This document shows, piece after piece, positions 34,881-44,295 of a stretch of 64,000 nt of DNA. Below the pieces are notes generated by a model. That model was given only the letters and a program-made list of their open reading frames with translations. It was not told the origin of the DNA and searched no databases. The first letter of the stretch is position 1. Every line of letters starts with the position of its first letter. The stretch lies in NCBI GenBank assembly GCA_965221775.1, contig CBDCSU010000006.1, positions 2,464,001 through 2,528,000 on the forward strand. The letters run 5' to 3'. The stretch comes from Candidatus Latescibacterota bacterium. Lineage in GTDB: Bacteria; Latescibacterota; UBA2968; UBA8231. Both the position numbers and the translations under genes were made by a program.

Positions 34881-36416
34881 ATGCGGCGTCCCTCGCGCCC
34901 CCCGTCGATGGCCGGTGGGGCCCTCCTTCTCACGATCGTGCTCGCGGGAGCCTGCACCCCGGAGCCGGAACCCGGCCCGAGCCCGGGGGCGCCGCCTGTT
35001 CCGGCCTCCGAAACGGCGATGACCTGGCCCGATCCCGACTCGGCCGTGGCTTGGCAGTCCTGGGGGCACGCGGCCTTCGACAGTGCCCGCAGCCGCGACG
35101 TGCCGGTCCTGCTCTACGTCTCCGGCCCCGGCTGCGGCGGCCTCTTCGCCGGTGACGAGGGGGTGGCCGCCTGGAACGCGGAGACGCGCTTTCTGCCCGT
35201 GCGCATCGATCCCGAGAGACAGCCTCACGTGGCGCGCCGCTACGCGCCGGCGGGATGCCCGTCGATCAGCGTCCTCGACTCCTCCGGGAGGGAGGTCGTG
35301 CGCGCCACCGACATTCCCGCGGACAACGTGACCCGGCTGCTGACGCGCATCCATCACCACCAAAGCCAGGATCCCTCCCGCCTGCGGGTGCCGCCGCCGC
35401 CGGCCGCCGGCCGCCGCCACCGGCTCTCGGCGAAGAGCGTCCATGCCGCCGTGGTCTCCGACTACGACGAGCGCTTCGGCGGCTTCGGCGGAGCCCACAA
35501 GTTCCCCGAGCCGCAGGTGATCGCTTTCCTCCAGGCGTGGGAGAGCCGCAGGGCCGATCCCGAGGCCGGGCGGATGGCGCGCCACACCCTCGACGCGCTG
35601 CTGGCCAGCCCCCTGTGGATCCCGCGGGGTGTCCTGAGCTACTCCCACACGCCCGACTGGACGACGCCGCGCCGGGAGATGAGCGGCGCCGCGCAGGCCG
35701 GCCTGCTGAGGGTGCTGGCCGCCTCCGACTCCTCCGCCCACCGCCAGGCGGCCGGGACCCTGTTCGAGATCCTGCGGCGGGACTGGTACAACGAGGAGCG
35801 GGGCGTCTTCCGCACGCGGCGGCTGCGCGCCTCCGACGGCCGGTGGTGGTCGGATCCCACGGTCTACAGCGGCGACAACCTGCTGCTGATCCGCGCCCTC
35901 CTGGGCACCGGAGCCGCCCTCGGCCGGGAGACCGCCGCGCGGGAGATGGCGGCAGCCGCCGCCGGCTTTCTGCTGCGGGAATGCCTGGACGCCGACGGCA
36001 GGGTCCGCCGCGACGACGGCCCGGAGGCCGCCGCGGGTCTGCTGAGCGACCAGATGCTGGCCTCCCTCGCCTTCGGTGATCTGGCCCGCCACGGCGGCCG
36101 CGACGACTTTGCCGATGCCGCGCGGAAGGCCCTCGAGTGGGCGGACCGTCACTTGTGGGTCGAGGCCGTCGGCGCCTACGTCGACGCCCCCGACCCGGAC
36201 GCACCCGGGGCCTGGCCGCGGCGGTATGCCCTCGACGACGACGGCCGGCGGCCGGCGGGACAGGCCCTGGCCGTCGAGGCGCTGCTGGCCGCCGGAGAGG
36301 CCGACCGCGCCCGGAGGATCCTGGAGGGCCTCCGCTACCCGGTTCCGCCGGCGCGGCCCCAGGCGTCGATGGCCACCCAGCTGCTGAGTCTCGAGGACGG
36401 GGCGGAGCCGCGATGA
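34881..36416 (+). CDS. DUF255 thioredoxin-domain / six-hairpin (YyaL/SPATA20-like) protein, divergent, putative lipoprotein
   Basis: VAWQSWG..AF..AR, IDPERQPHVARRY, D..FGGFGGAHKFP, DWTTP; LAGAC lipobox; the CxxC motif is lost. Confidence 0.7.
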   Translation: MRRPSRPPSMAGGALLLTIVLAGACTPEPEPGPSPGAPPVPASETAMTWPDPDSAVAWQSWGHAAFDSARSRDVPVLLYVSGPGCGGLFAGDEGVAAWNAETRFLPVRIDPERQPHVARRYAPAGCPSISVLDSSGREVVRATDIPADNVTRLLTRIHHHQSQDPSRLRVPPPPAAGRRHRLSAKSVHAAVVSDYDERFGGFGGAHKFPEPQVIAFLQAWESRRADPEAGRMARHTLDALLASPLWIPRGVLSYSHTPDWTTPRREMSGAAQAGLLRVLAASDSSAHRQAAGTLFEILRRDWYNEERGVFRTRRLRASDGRWWSDPTVYSGDNLLLIRALLGTGAALGRETAAREMAAAAAGFLLRECLDADGRVRRDDGPEAAAGLLSDQMLASLAFGDLARHGGRDDFADAARKALEWADRHLWVEAVGAYVDAPDPDAPGAWPRRYALDDDGRRPAGQALAVEALLAAGEADRARRILEGLRYPVPPARPQASMATQLLSLEDGAEPR

Positions 36417-37345
36417 AGCTGCTGGTCACCGGCGCCCACGGGCTGCTGGGACGCACCCTGCTGGAGACCGACTGGGGGGCCGACGCGGAACTCGTGGGCT
36501 GCGGCCGGCGTCCCGGTGCCGTGGGCGGACGCGAGTGCCGGGTCGTCGACCTGACCGAGCCGGGCGCCGTCGGCGAGTTGATCTCCCGGGAACGGCCGGA
36601 CCGGGTCATCCACACGGCGGCGGAGACCAACGTCGATCTGTGCGAGACCGAGCCGGCGCCGGCGCGGCGGATCAACGTCGACGCCGTGGCCAACCTCGTG
36701 GCCGCCTGCGCCGCCTCGGGCTGCGGCGTGGTGCAGCTGTCGACGGACTACGTCTTCGACGGCGCCGCGGGACCCTACTCCGAAGAGGACGAGACCCATC
36801 CCCTGTCGCACTACGGGCGCATGAAGTTGGAGAGCGAGGCCCTCGTCCTCGAAGGGGGCGGCCCCGGCCTGGTGCTGCGTACCTTGTGGCTCTACGGCCA
36901 CCGCAGCGGGGCGCGGCCGAACCTGGTCACCTGGCCGCTGGCGGCCCTGGCCCGCGGCGAGACGGTGCGCGTCGCCGCCGACCAGTGGGGCAACCCGACG
37001 CCGGTGGCCGACCTCGCCCGGTCCGCGGTCGAGTTGTGCCGCCGCGGCGCCGCCGGGTGCTTTCACGTGGGGGGCGCCTCGTTCATGACCCGGGAGGAGC
37101 TGGTGCGCCGCGCCGCGGCTTTCTTCGGGCTGGACTGCGGCCGGTTGGAGACGGTGACCACCGCCGAGGCCGGGCAGGCGGCGGCTCGGCCGCTGCGCTC
37201 CGGCCTGCGCACGGACCGGCTCGAGAGCGAGCTCGGCTGGGCCCCGGCCGACCTGGAGTCGGGGATGGAACAGATGGCCTCCGAAGAAGCCTTCCGCCGC
37301 GACTTCGCGGATCTCGTCGGCCTTGGGAAGATGCGCCGCAGGTGA
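36413..37345 (+). CDS. rfbD: dTDP-4-dehydrorhamnose reductase
   Basis: GAHGLLG, HTAAETNVDLCE, STDYVFDG, YGRMK, DQWGNPT, RPLRS. Confidence 0.88.
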   Translation: MKLLVTGAHGLLGRTLLETDWGADAELVGCGRRPGAVGGRECRVVDLTEPGAVGELISRERPDRVIHTAAETNVDLCETEPAPARRINVDAVANLVAACAASGCGVVQLSTDYVFDGAAGPYSEEDETHPLSHYGRMKLESEALVLEGGGPGLVLRTLWLYGHRSGARPNLVTWPLAALARGETVRVAADQWGNPTPVADLARSAVELCRRGAAGCFHVGGASFMTREELVRRAAAFFGLDCGRLETVTTAEAGQAAARPLRSGLRTDRLESELGWAPADLESGMEQMASEEAFRRDFADLVGLGKMRRR

Positions 37346-38061
37346 ACGACCGACTCTCCATCTCCCTCGTGGCTCCGACCTACAACGAGCGCCAGAACGT
37401 CGTCCTCCTGGCCGAGGAGATCTTCGGCCTCCTCGGCGGCTGCGACGACATCGACCTGGAGCTGATCATCGTCGACGACAACTCGCCCGACGGCACGGGG
37501 CAGGCCGCCGAGGAGCTGACGCAGCGGTTCCCGGTGCGGGTCGTGCACCGCCCGGGCAAGCTCGGCCTCGGCTCGGCGGTGATGGAGGGATGGCGCCACT
37601 CCGAGCGCCCCTGTCTCGGCGTCATCGACGCCGACCTGAGCCACGACCCGGCGATCCTCGCCGATCTCGTGCGCGGCCTGCGCGCCCACGACCTGATGAT
37701 CGGCAGCCGCTTCGGCGAGACCAGCCGCGTCATGAAGTGGGCCCTGCACCGCAAGATGATCTCCTTCCTCGGCGTCGGCATGGCGCGGCTCATCACCGGG
37801 GCCGAGGACCCGCTCTCGGGGTACTTCTGCCTGCGGCGGGAGGTGCTGGGAGAGATGCGGCTGACCTCCGGCGGCTACAAGATCCTCTTCGAGATCCTGG
37901 TGAAGGGCCGTTACCGCTCCCACCGCTCCATCCCCTACGTCTTCCGCAACCGCCAGTTCAGCGCCAGCAAGCTCGACTGGCGGGAGTACCTGCTCTTCGC
38001 CAAGCAGGTCCTGGTCTTCGGGTGGCGGCGCCTCCTCCGACGCCGCCGCGGCTCCCCGTGA
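37342..38061 (+). CDS. Polyprenol monophosphomannose synthase-like GT2
   Basis: PTYNE, VDDNSPDGT, GKLGLGSA, DADLSHDP, DPLSGYF; GTG start overlapping rfbD stop. Confidence 0.88.
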   Translation: MNDRLSISLVAPTYNERQNVVLLAEEIFGLLGGCDDIDLELIIVDDNSPDGTGQAAEELTQRFPVRVVHRPGKLGLGSAVMEGWRHSERPCLGVIDADLSHDPAILADLVRGLRAHDLMIGSRFGETSRVMKWALHRKMISFLGVGMARLITGAEDPLSGYFCLRREVLGEMRLTSGGYKILFEILVKGRYRSHRSIPYVFRNRQFSASKLDWREYLLFAKQVLVFGWRRLLRRRRGSP

Positions 38062-39791
38062 CGGCCGCCGAACCGACTGGCGGCGCGGGCTCCGCCCTCG
38101 GCGGCTCCGCCGCCGAGGTGGACCTGAGCGTCGTCATCCCCAGCTACAACACGCGGGAGCTGATGGAGCAGGCCCTGCGCACGGTGGACGAGGCCAGCGA
38201 GGGTCTGCGGGTACAGGTGATCGTCGTCGACAACGCCTCCCGCGACGGGAGCCAGGAGATGGTGGAGGCCGGGTTCCCCCACGTGGAGCTGATCCGCAAC
38301 GACCGCAACCTCGGCTTCGGCGGCGCCAACAACATCGCCTTCGAGCGCGTGAAGGGGCGGCACGTCCTGCTCCTCAACTCCGACACCATCGTCGGCGCCG
38401 ACACCCTGCGCACCCTGGTGGAGTTCATGGACGAGCACCCCGAGGCCGGCGCCGCGGGCTGCAGGATCCTCAACCCCGACGGCAGCCTGCAGCTCGACTG
38501 CCGGCGCGGCTTCCCGACGCCGTCGGCGGCGTTCTACAAGCTCACCGGCCTGAGCCGCCTGTTCCCGCGGAGCCGCCGCTTCGCGCGTTACAACCTCACC
38601 TACCTCGACCCGGAGGAGACGAGCGAGGTCGACGCCCTGTCGGGTTCGTGCATGATCGTGCGGGGCCGCGTCCTGGAGGAAGTGGGGGGCTTCGACGAGG
38701 ACTACTTCATGTACGGAGAAGACCTCGACTGGTGTTTCCGCATGGGCCAGGCGGGATGGAAGATCTACTACGTGCCGGCGACGCAGATCATCCACTTCGG
38801 GGGAGCGAGCGGGCGCGCCGAGTCGATGCGCATCCAGTTCCGCAAGAGCTCGGCCATGTCGACCTTCGTCAGCAAGCACATGCGGGACCGCTACCGGTTC
38901 TTCCCGGTGTGGGCGCTGCACGCCGGCATTCTCGCCTACGGGCTCTACTCCTTCCTCGGCCACCTGGCGCGCACCCTTGCTCTGCCGGTGCTCGACGGGC
39001 TGCTCTTCCTCCTCTCCGTGCGCCTGGCCCTGCTGGTCCGCTACCACGCCGACCTGCTGCCCCTGATCGCCGCCCTGGAACGCGTCTGCCGGGGCCTCGG
39101 CCTCGACGTGAACCCCACCAAGTGGGTGGCCCCGCCGGACTACAGCGACTTCCAGTGGCTCCTGGTCTACGTCGTGCCGGTGGCGATCTGGTCGGCCTGT
39201 TTCTTCGCTCTCGGCCTCTACGACCGGCGCCGCTACGCGCCGGGGGTGGCGGCCCTGGCGGTGACCCTGGGATTCGCGGCGGTGGTGACGACGGCCTTCT
39301 TCTTCAAGGAGTACAACTTCTCGCGCCTGGCCGCCGGTGCCTCCTGGGCCTGCAGCCTGGCGCTGGCCGCGGGCTGGCGCCTCGGGGCCCGGTGGCTGAC
39401 CCGTTCCACCTCCGGCCGCAGGCTCGGGCGGCGGCGGCTGCTCATGGCCGGCACCGACGCCGCTCTGCGCGAGTTCGTGGAGTTCGTTCAGGCCCGGGGC
39501 GGGCTCGACTGCCAGATCGTCGGCTTCGCCGGAAGCAGCCAGGAGCGGGGCCGGGTCGTGTCGGGGGCTCCGGTCCTGGGGGTGCTGGAGGAGCTGAGCG
39601 GGCTGGTGCAGGAGTACGACGTGGACGAGGTCCTGTTCTCCGCCGATACGGTCACCGACGGCCTGGGCCACGTGCGCGGCCGCTGGCGGCGCTCCCCGCG
39701 CCGGCGGCTGGTGCCGGGCGGCCTCGCCGGCCTCGACCTGGCGCCGGAGTCGGTGGACGACCTGCCCCTGGTCGACATCCACTCCGGCTGA
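38058..39791 (+). CDS. GT2 glycosyltransferase (WbbL-like) fused to a membrane / CoA_binding_3-like C-terminal region
   Basis: VVDNASRDGS, NLGFGGANN, LLNSD, GFDEDYFMYGEDLDWC; C-terminal TMs. Confidence 0.85.
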   Translation: MTAAEPTGGAGSALGGSAAEVDLSVVIPSYNTRELMEQALRTVDEASEGLRVQVIVVDNASRDGSQEMVEAGFPHVELIRNDRNLGFGGANNIAFERVKGRHVLLLNSDTIVGADTLRTLVEFMDEHPEAGAAGCRILNPDGSLQLDCRRGFPTPSAAFYKLTGLSRLFPRSRRFARYNLTYLDPEETSEVDALSGSCMIVRGRVLEEVGGFDEDYFMYGEDLDWCFRMGQAGWKIYYVPATQIIHFGGASGRAESMRIQFRKSSAMSTFVSKHMRDRYRFFPVWALHAGILAYGLYSFLGHLARTLALPVLDGLLFLLSVRLALLVRYHADLLPLIAALERVCRGLGLDVNPTKWVAPPDYSDFQWLLVYVVPVAIWSACFFALGLYDRRRYAPGVAALAVTLGFAAVVTTAFFFKEYNFSRLAAGASWACSLALAAGWRLGARWLTRSTSGRRLGRRRLLMAGTDAALREFVEFVQARGGLDCQIVGFAGSSQERGRVVSGAPVLGVLEELSGLVQEYDVDEVLFSADTVTDGLGHVRGRWRRSPRRRLVPGGLAGLDLAPESVDDLPLVDIHSG

Positions 39792-39829
39792 GCTTGATGG
39801 CCGCCCCCGCGGGGGCGTACCTTCACGGC

Positions 39830-40534
39830 ATGACAGAACACGTACTGGCGGGCGGGCGCACGATCTCCCTGCCCATGAGCAAGGCCCTGGAGATCAGCCT
39901 GCGGAGCCTGAAGATCCGCTTCGGCCGCTCCCTGATCACCACCAGCGGCATCATCCTGGCCATCGCCTTCCTGATGTCCGTGTGGAGCAACAACGAGATC
40001 ATCGGCAGCCTGCGGGCGGCCAATAAAAGCGACATCAACCTGCTGCTGCAGAAGAACGGCATCGAGACGCTGTCCTCCGAAGGCGAGGCCGCCGCCTCGG
40101 CCGACGCCATGGCCCGCCTCGAGGAGGAGCGCTCCAAGCAGACCTGGCTCATCAGCCTGTCCCTGCTGGTCTGCGTCGTCGGCATCGCCAACGCCATGCT
40201 CATGTCGGTGACCGAGCGCTTCCGCGAGATCGGCACCATGAAGTGCCTCGGCGCCCTCGACTCCTTCATCATCAAGCTCTTCCTCCTCGAATCGACCTTC
40301 CAGGGGGCGGCGGGCACGGTGGTGGGCATCGTCCTCGGTCTGTTGATGACCCTGGCCCTGGCCCTGCTCGACTACGGCATGTTCGTCATCGACTACTTCC
40401 CCATTGCGGGCATCCTCCAATCGGCCCTGGCGGCGATCGTCTCCGGCACCTTGCTGTCCCTCGTGGGCGCCATGCTCCCGGCGTACAAGGCGGCCAAGAT
40501 GGAGCCCGTCGAAGCGATGCGCTCCGACACCTGA
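39830..40534 (+). CDS. FtsX-like ABC permease (short)
   Basis: GIANAMLMSVTERFREIGTMKCLGA, PAYKAAKMEPVEAMR. Confidence 0.88.
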   Translation: MTEHVLAGGRTISLPMSKALEISLRSLKIRFGRSLITTSGIILAIAFLMSVWSNNEIIGSLRAANKSDINLLLQKNGIETLSSEGEAAASADAMARLEEERSKQTWLISLSLLVCVVGIANAMLMSVTERFREIGTMKCLGALDSFIIKLFLLESTFQGAAGTVVGIVLGLLMTLALALLDYGMFVIDYFPIAGILQSALAAIVSGTLLSLVGAMLPAYKAAKMEPVEAMRSDT

Positions 40535-40550
40535 GGAAAGGCGGCTGACC

Positions 40551-41348
40551 ATGACAGAGACGACGGAAGCACCGGCTGCGGCCACCGCCGGGGAGCGCAA
40601 CGGCGCCGAGGACGAACAGCGCACGGTGGTGCGCACCCAGCAGGTCAAGAAGGTCTACCAGATGGGCGAGATCGAGGTCCACGCCCTGCGCGGGGTCGAC
40701 CTCGAGATCTACGCCGGCGAGTACCTGTCGATCATGGGCCCCTCCGGCTCCGGCAAGAGCACCTTCTTCAACATGGTGGGCGGCCTCGACAAGCCGACGG
40801 AGGGCAAGGTCTACATCGACGAGGTCGACGTGGCCCAGCTCGACGCCTACGAGCTGGCGTGGCTGAGGTGCCGCAAGATCGGCTACATCTTCCAGTCCTT
40901 CAATCTGATCCCGGTGATGACCGCCCTCGAGAACGTGACCCTGCCCATGGTCTTCGCCGGGCTCACGAGCGACGAGTCCCGCGACAAGGGGATGGACCTG
41001 CTCGGCAAGGTCGGTCTCGGCGAGCGCCACTCCCACAAGCCCTTCGAGTTGTCCGGCGGCCAGCAGCAGCGGGTCGCCGTGGCCCGGGCCCTGGCCAACG
41101 ACCCGGCGGTGGTCCTGGCCGACGAGCCGACGGCCAACCTCGACCTGCGCACGGGCACCGAGATCATCGAGCTGCTGCGCAGCATGAACGAGAGCTTCGG
41201 CGTCACCGTCATCTCGGCGACCCACGACCACAAGATGCTCAGCGTCTCCGACCGCGTGGTGCGGGTCAGCGACGGCCAGGTCGAGCGCATTCAGCTGCGC
41301 GAGGATCTCGAGATCGAGACCGTCGCCGTCGGCGACGAGGAGACCTGA
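40551..41348 (+). CDS. ABC transporter ATP-binding protein (LolD/MacB type)
   Basis: GPSGSGKS, LSGGQQQR, LADEPT. Confidence 0.93.
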   Translation: MTETTEAPAAATAGERNGAEDEQRTVVRTQQVKKVYQMGEIEVHALRGVDLEIYAGEYLSIMGPSGSGKSTFFNMVGGLDKPTEGKVYIDEVDVAQLDAYELAWLRCRKIGYIFQSFNLIPVMTALENVTLPMVFAGLTSDESRDKGMDLLGKVGLGERHSHKPFELSGGQQQRVAVARALANDPAVVLADEPTANLDLRTGTEIIELLRSMNESFGVTVISATHDHKMLSVSDRVVRVSDGQVERIQLREDLEIETVAVGDEET

Positions 41349-41387
41349 GTCCCCCGGGAGAGGCTCCCTCGCCCGACCCCCGCTCCT

Positions 41388-42650
41388 CTACCGGACCCTC
41401 ACCCCCGCCTGGAAGACCGCCCTCACGTCGCTGAAGGCGGCCACGTCCTCGGTCGGGTCTCCTTCGAAAGCCGCCAGGTCGGCGGTCTTTCCCGCCTCGA
41501 TCGTCCCCACCTCGTCCGCGATGCCGGCGGCTTCCGCCGAGGTCAGGGTCGCCGAGACCAGGGCCTCGCCGGGGGTGAACCCGCACTCGACCAGCAGCTG
41601 CAGGTCGTAGTCGAGGTGGCCGAACTCGAGGGCCCCCACCCCGGAGTCCGTGCCGGGGACGATCCGTTCCTTCAGGCAGTAGTCGAGCATCCTCCGCATC
41701 AGGTCGATGCGCTTCTCCGCGCGCTGCTCCAGGTGGGCGAGCTGGGCCTCCTCCCCGGCGCCGAGGACCCCCCGGTCGCGCCGCTGCCGCAGCCGCACCA
41801 TCCTCGGGTAGTTGGTCCAGGCCTGCAGGGTGGGGCTGAGCCAGATGCCGGACTCGGCCAGCATCTCGGCGACCTTGGGGTCGAAGCGCATCTGGTGGTC
41901 CGGGTCGAGGAACTCGACGTGCTCGATCAGGTCGATCCCGGCCTCCACGGCGCGCACCATCGACTCCTTGGCGCGGCAGTGGGCCGCCGTGAGCCGGTGG
42001 AACTGGCGCGCCTCCCCCACCAGCGCCCGCAGCTCCCCGGTGGAGTAGGTGGCCAGCCCCGGGATGGTGCCGGCCGTGCCCCCGCCGGAGGCCATCACCT
42101 TGATGTAGTCGGCCCCCTCGTGCACCAGCCGCCGCACCGAGCGGCGGATCTCCTCCTCGCCGTCGGCGATCTCGTTGCACATGTGGAAGTGGCCCCCGGC
42201 GCAGGTGACGGGGCGGCCGCTGACCAGCATCCGCGGCCCCGGGATGTACCCCCGCCGCAGTCCTTCCTTGAGGACGAAACCGACCCGGTTGCGGGCCCCG
42301 TGCTCGCGCAGGGTGGTGATGCCGGCGTCCAGGTGGCGGCGCAGGTTCATGGCCCCGATGAGCGCCATGGTCTCGTCGCTCTCGCCGAAGGTCTGGCCAT
42401 AGGGGCGGCCGTCGCCGGGCAGGCTCAGGTGGGTGTGCCCGTCGATCAGCCCGGGGGTCAGGCAGCAGCCGGGCAGGTCGACGGCCTCGGTCCCCGGCGG
42501 CACCTGCCTCTCGACCGCCTCCGCCGGACCCACCGCGGCGATGACGCCGTCGCGCACGAAGACCGACTCCCCGGTTCGGGCGTTGCCGCCGAGGCCGTCG
42601 GCGAGCAGCCCGGGCCGGATGAGAACCGTCTGTGAGTTCGACTCTGCCAT
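41388..42650 (-). CDS. Amidohydrolase family protein (Xaa-Pro dipeptidase-like)
   Basis: PGLIDGHTHL, GADYIK, AAH, IEH, GTDSG, GTIEAGKTADL. Confidence 0.87.
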   Translation of the reverse strand: MAESNSQTVLIRPGLLADGLGGNARTGESVFVRDGVIAAVGPAEAVERQVPPGTEAVDLPGCCLTPGLIDGHTHLSLPGDGRPYGQTFGESDETMALIGAMNLRRHLDAGITTLREHGARNRVGFVLKEGLRRGYIPGPRMLVSGRPVTCAGGHFHMCNEIADGEEEIRRSVRRLVHEGADYIKVMASGGGTAGTIPGLATYSTGELRALVGEARQFHRLTAAHCRAKESMVRAVEAGIDLIEHVEFLDPDHQMRFDPKVAEMLAESGIWLSPTLQAWTNYPRMVRLRQRRDRGVLGAGEEAQLAHLEQRAEKRIDLMRRMLDYCLKERIVPGTDSGVGALEFGHLDYDLQLLVECGFTPGEALVSATLTSAEAAGIADEVGTIEAGKTADLAAFEGDPTEDVAAFSDVRAVFQAGVRVR

Positions 42651-42669
42651 TCCGTCTCTCCTTTGGATT

Positions 42670-43710
42670 TCAGGGTTGCCTGCCGCTGTCCGCCCAGACC
42701 GCGTCGGCGTCGCGGATGCGGCGCCATACCCAGGCGAGCTGACTCCGCGAAGGGCCCGCCGACCCGGCCCGCACCGCCGCCGCCGGCGCGACCGGCGCCG
42801 GTGCCCCTCCGGCGGCGATCTCACCGACGACGAACTGGAACACGTAGAGCGGCGCCAGGCCCATGCGCAGGTCGACGAGCAAGACCCGCCGCCCGTCGAC
42901 GCGCGCCGCGTAGTAGCCGTCGGTGAACCACTGCAGCCGCCGCACCGCCCAGCTCTCCGAGAGGGGCTCCAGCAGCCGTCGCCCGCCGTCGCGGCGGCGC
43001 AGCGCCGGGGGCCGGTCGACGCCGTCGGCCAGGGAGTGGTAGCCCTCCAGGTAGTCCCCTTCCGGCGTCATCGCCAGGACCCGCCACAGGAGGCTGTTGA
43101 AGGGGGTGGGCGTGGCCATCAGGCGCTCCACCTCGACGCCTCCCGAGACCGCCGTACGGTGGCCCAGTCCCTCCACGTGGTGCTGGGCCGCGGCCGTCCA
43201 CAGCAGGTAGGCCGTGCTCAGGCAGAGGCCCGCCGTGTTGCACCGGTGCGCCACCCGGCCCGGGCGCACCAGGACGGCGATCACCCCGGCCAGCAGGGGA
43301 AGGGTATAGGCGGGATCGATGATGAAGATCGTCGACCAGGCGACCGGGGCCGTGGGCAGCGGCCACCAGATCTGGGTGCCGTAGGCGGTGAAGGCGTCGA
43401 GCAGGGCGTGGGTCCACAGGCAGGCGAGGACGAGGACCGACCAGCGGCGGCGGTCGCCGCGCACCTGGGGGTGCAGCCGGCCGAGGGCCCACACCAGGAG
43501 CGGCGCGGCGGCGGCCATCACCGGCAGGGAGTGGGTGAAGGAGCGATGGGAGGTGAACTCGAGGACGTCGTTGCCGAGGGGGATGAAGACGTCGAGGTCG
43601 GGCAGGGTCGCCAGGGCCGCGCCCCAGGCGGCGGCCTTGCGTCCGGCGCGGCGGCCGGCAACCGCGTGTCCGACGGCGGCCCCGAGGGCGGCCTGGGAGA
43701 GGGAGTCCAT
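42670..43710 (-). CDS. Inner-membrane metal-dependent hydrolase (YdjM-like)
   Basis: MDSLSQAALGAA, LPDLD, HRSFTHS, HALLDAFTAYGT, IFIIDP. Confidence 0.87.
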   Translation of the reverse strand: MDSLSQAALGAAVGHAVAGRRAGRKAAAWGAALATLPDLDVFIPLGNDVLEFTSHRSFTHSLPVMAAAAPLLVWALGRLHPQVRGDRRRWSVLVLACLWTHALLDAFTAYGTQIWWPLPTAPVAWSTIFIIDPAYTLPLLAGVIAVLVRPGRVAHRCNTAGLCLSTAYLLWTAAAQHHVEGLGHRTAVSGGVEVERLMATPTPFNSLLWRVLAMTPEGDYLEGYHSLADGVDRPPALRRRDGGRRLLEPLSESWAVRRLQWFTDGYYAARVDGRRVLLVDLRMGLAPLYVFQFVVGEIAAGGAPAPVAPAAAVRAGSAGPSRSQLAWVWRRIRDADAVWADSGRQP

Positions 43711-43716
43711 CCGGCC

Positions 43717-44295
43717 CTAGTCGTAGTGCTCGCGGGGGCCGCCCAGGATCGGCTCGAAGCGCTCGGGCCAGTCCAGCTCCCCCAGGATCCGGCGCCAGCG
43801 GCCGGGATGGCTGCCGTGGGCGATCACCGGCTCGAACCCCATGCGCAGGTAGATCCTGAGGGCGGGCACGCGGAAGTCGTCGGTCTGCAGGAAGGCGCGG
43901 CGGCGGCCCTCCTCGATGGCCTGGTGCAGGACGGCCAGCGAGGCCAGGCGGCCGAGGCCCCGGCCGCCGTGGCCGGGGTGGCGGGCCACCCAGTGCAGCA
44001 CCGCGGCGTCGCCGCCGTAGCGGGGCAGGACCCAGCAGGAGGCGGTGGCCACGACGCTCCCCGCCGCGTCGAGGACGAGCTTCACCCGCTCCGGCCGGTA
44101 GGGGTCGTCGGCGGCCATCTCGCGCGCGAAGTCGGACTGCCCCGGCCGCCGCTCGAAGGCCAGGTCCATGAGCGCGTTCCAGCCCGCCTCGTCCCCGGGC
44201 CGGAAGTGGCGCACCTCGTAGCCGGCGGGAGGGACCGCGGCCGGCACCTCCCGCAGGTGGGGCCGGCGCATGATCAGCTGGGGCCTCGGGCTCAC
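43717..44295 (-). CDS. GNAT N-acetyltransferase
   Basis: LHWVA...GRGLG...LQTDDFRVPALRIYLRMGF; GTG start overlapping upstream stop. Confidence 0.8.
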   Translation of the reverse strand: MSPRPQLIMRRPHLREVPAAVPPAGYEVRHFRPGDEAGWNALMDLAFERRPGQSDFAREMAADDPYRPERVKLVLDAAGSVVATASCWVLPRYGGDAAVLHWVARHPGHGGRGLGRLASLAVLHQAIEEGRRRAFLQTDDFRVPALRIYLRMGFEPVIAHGSHPGRWRRILGELDWPERFEPILGGPREHYD

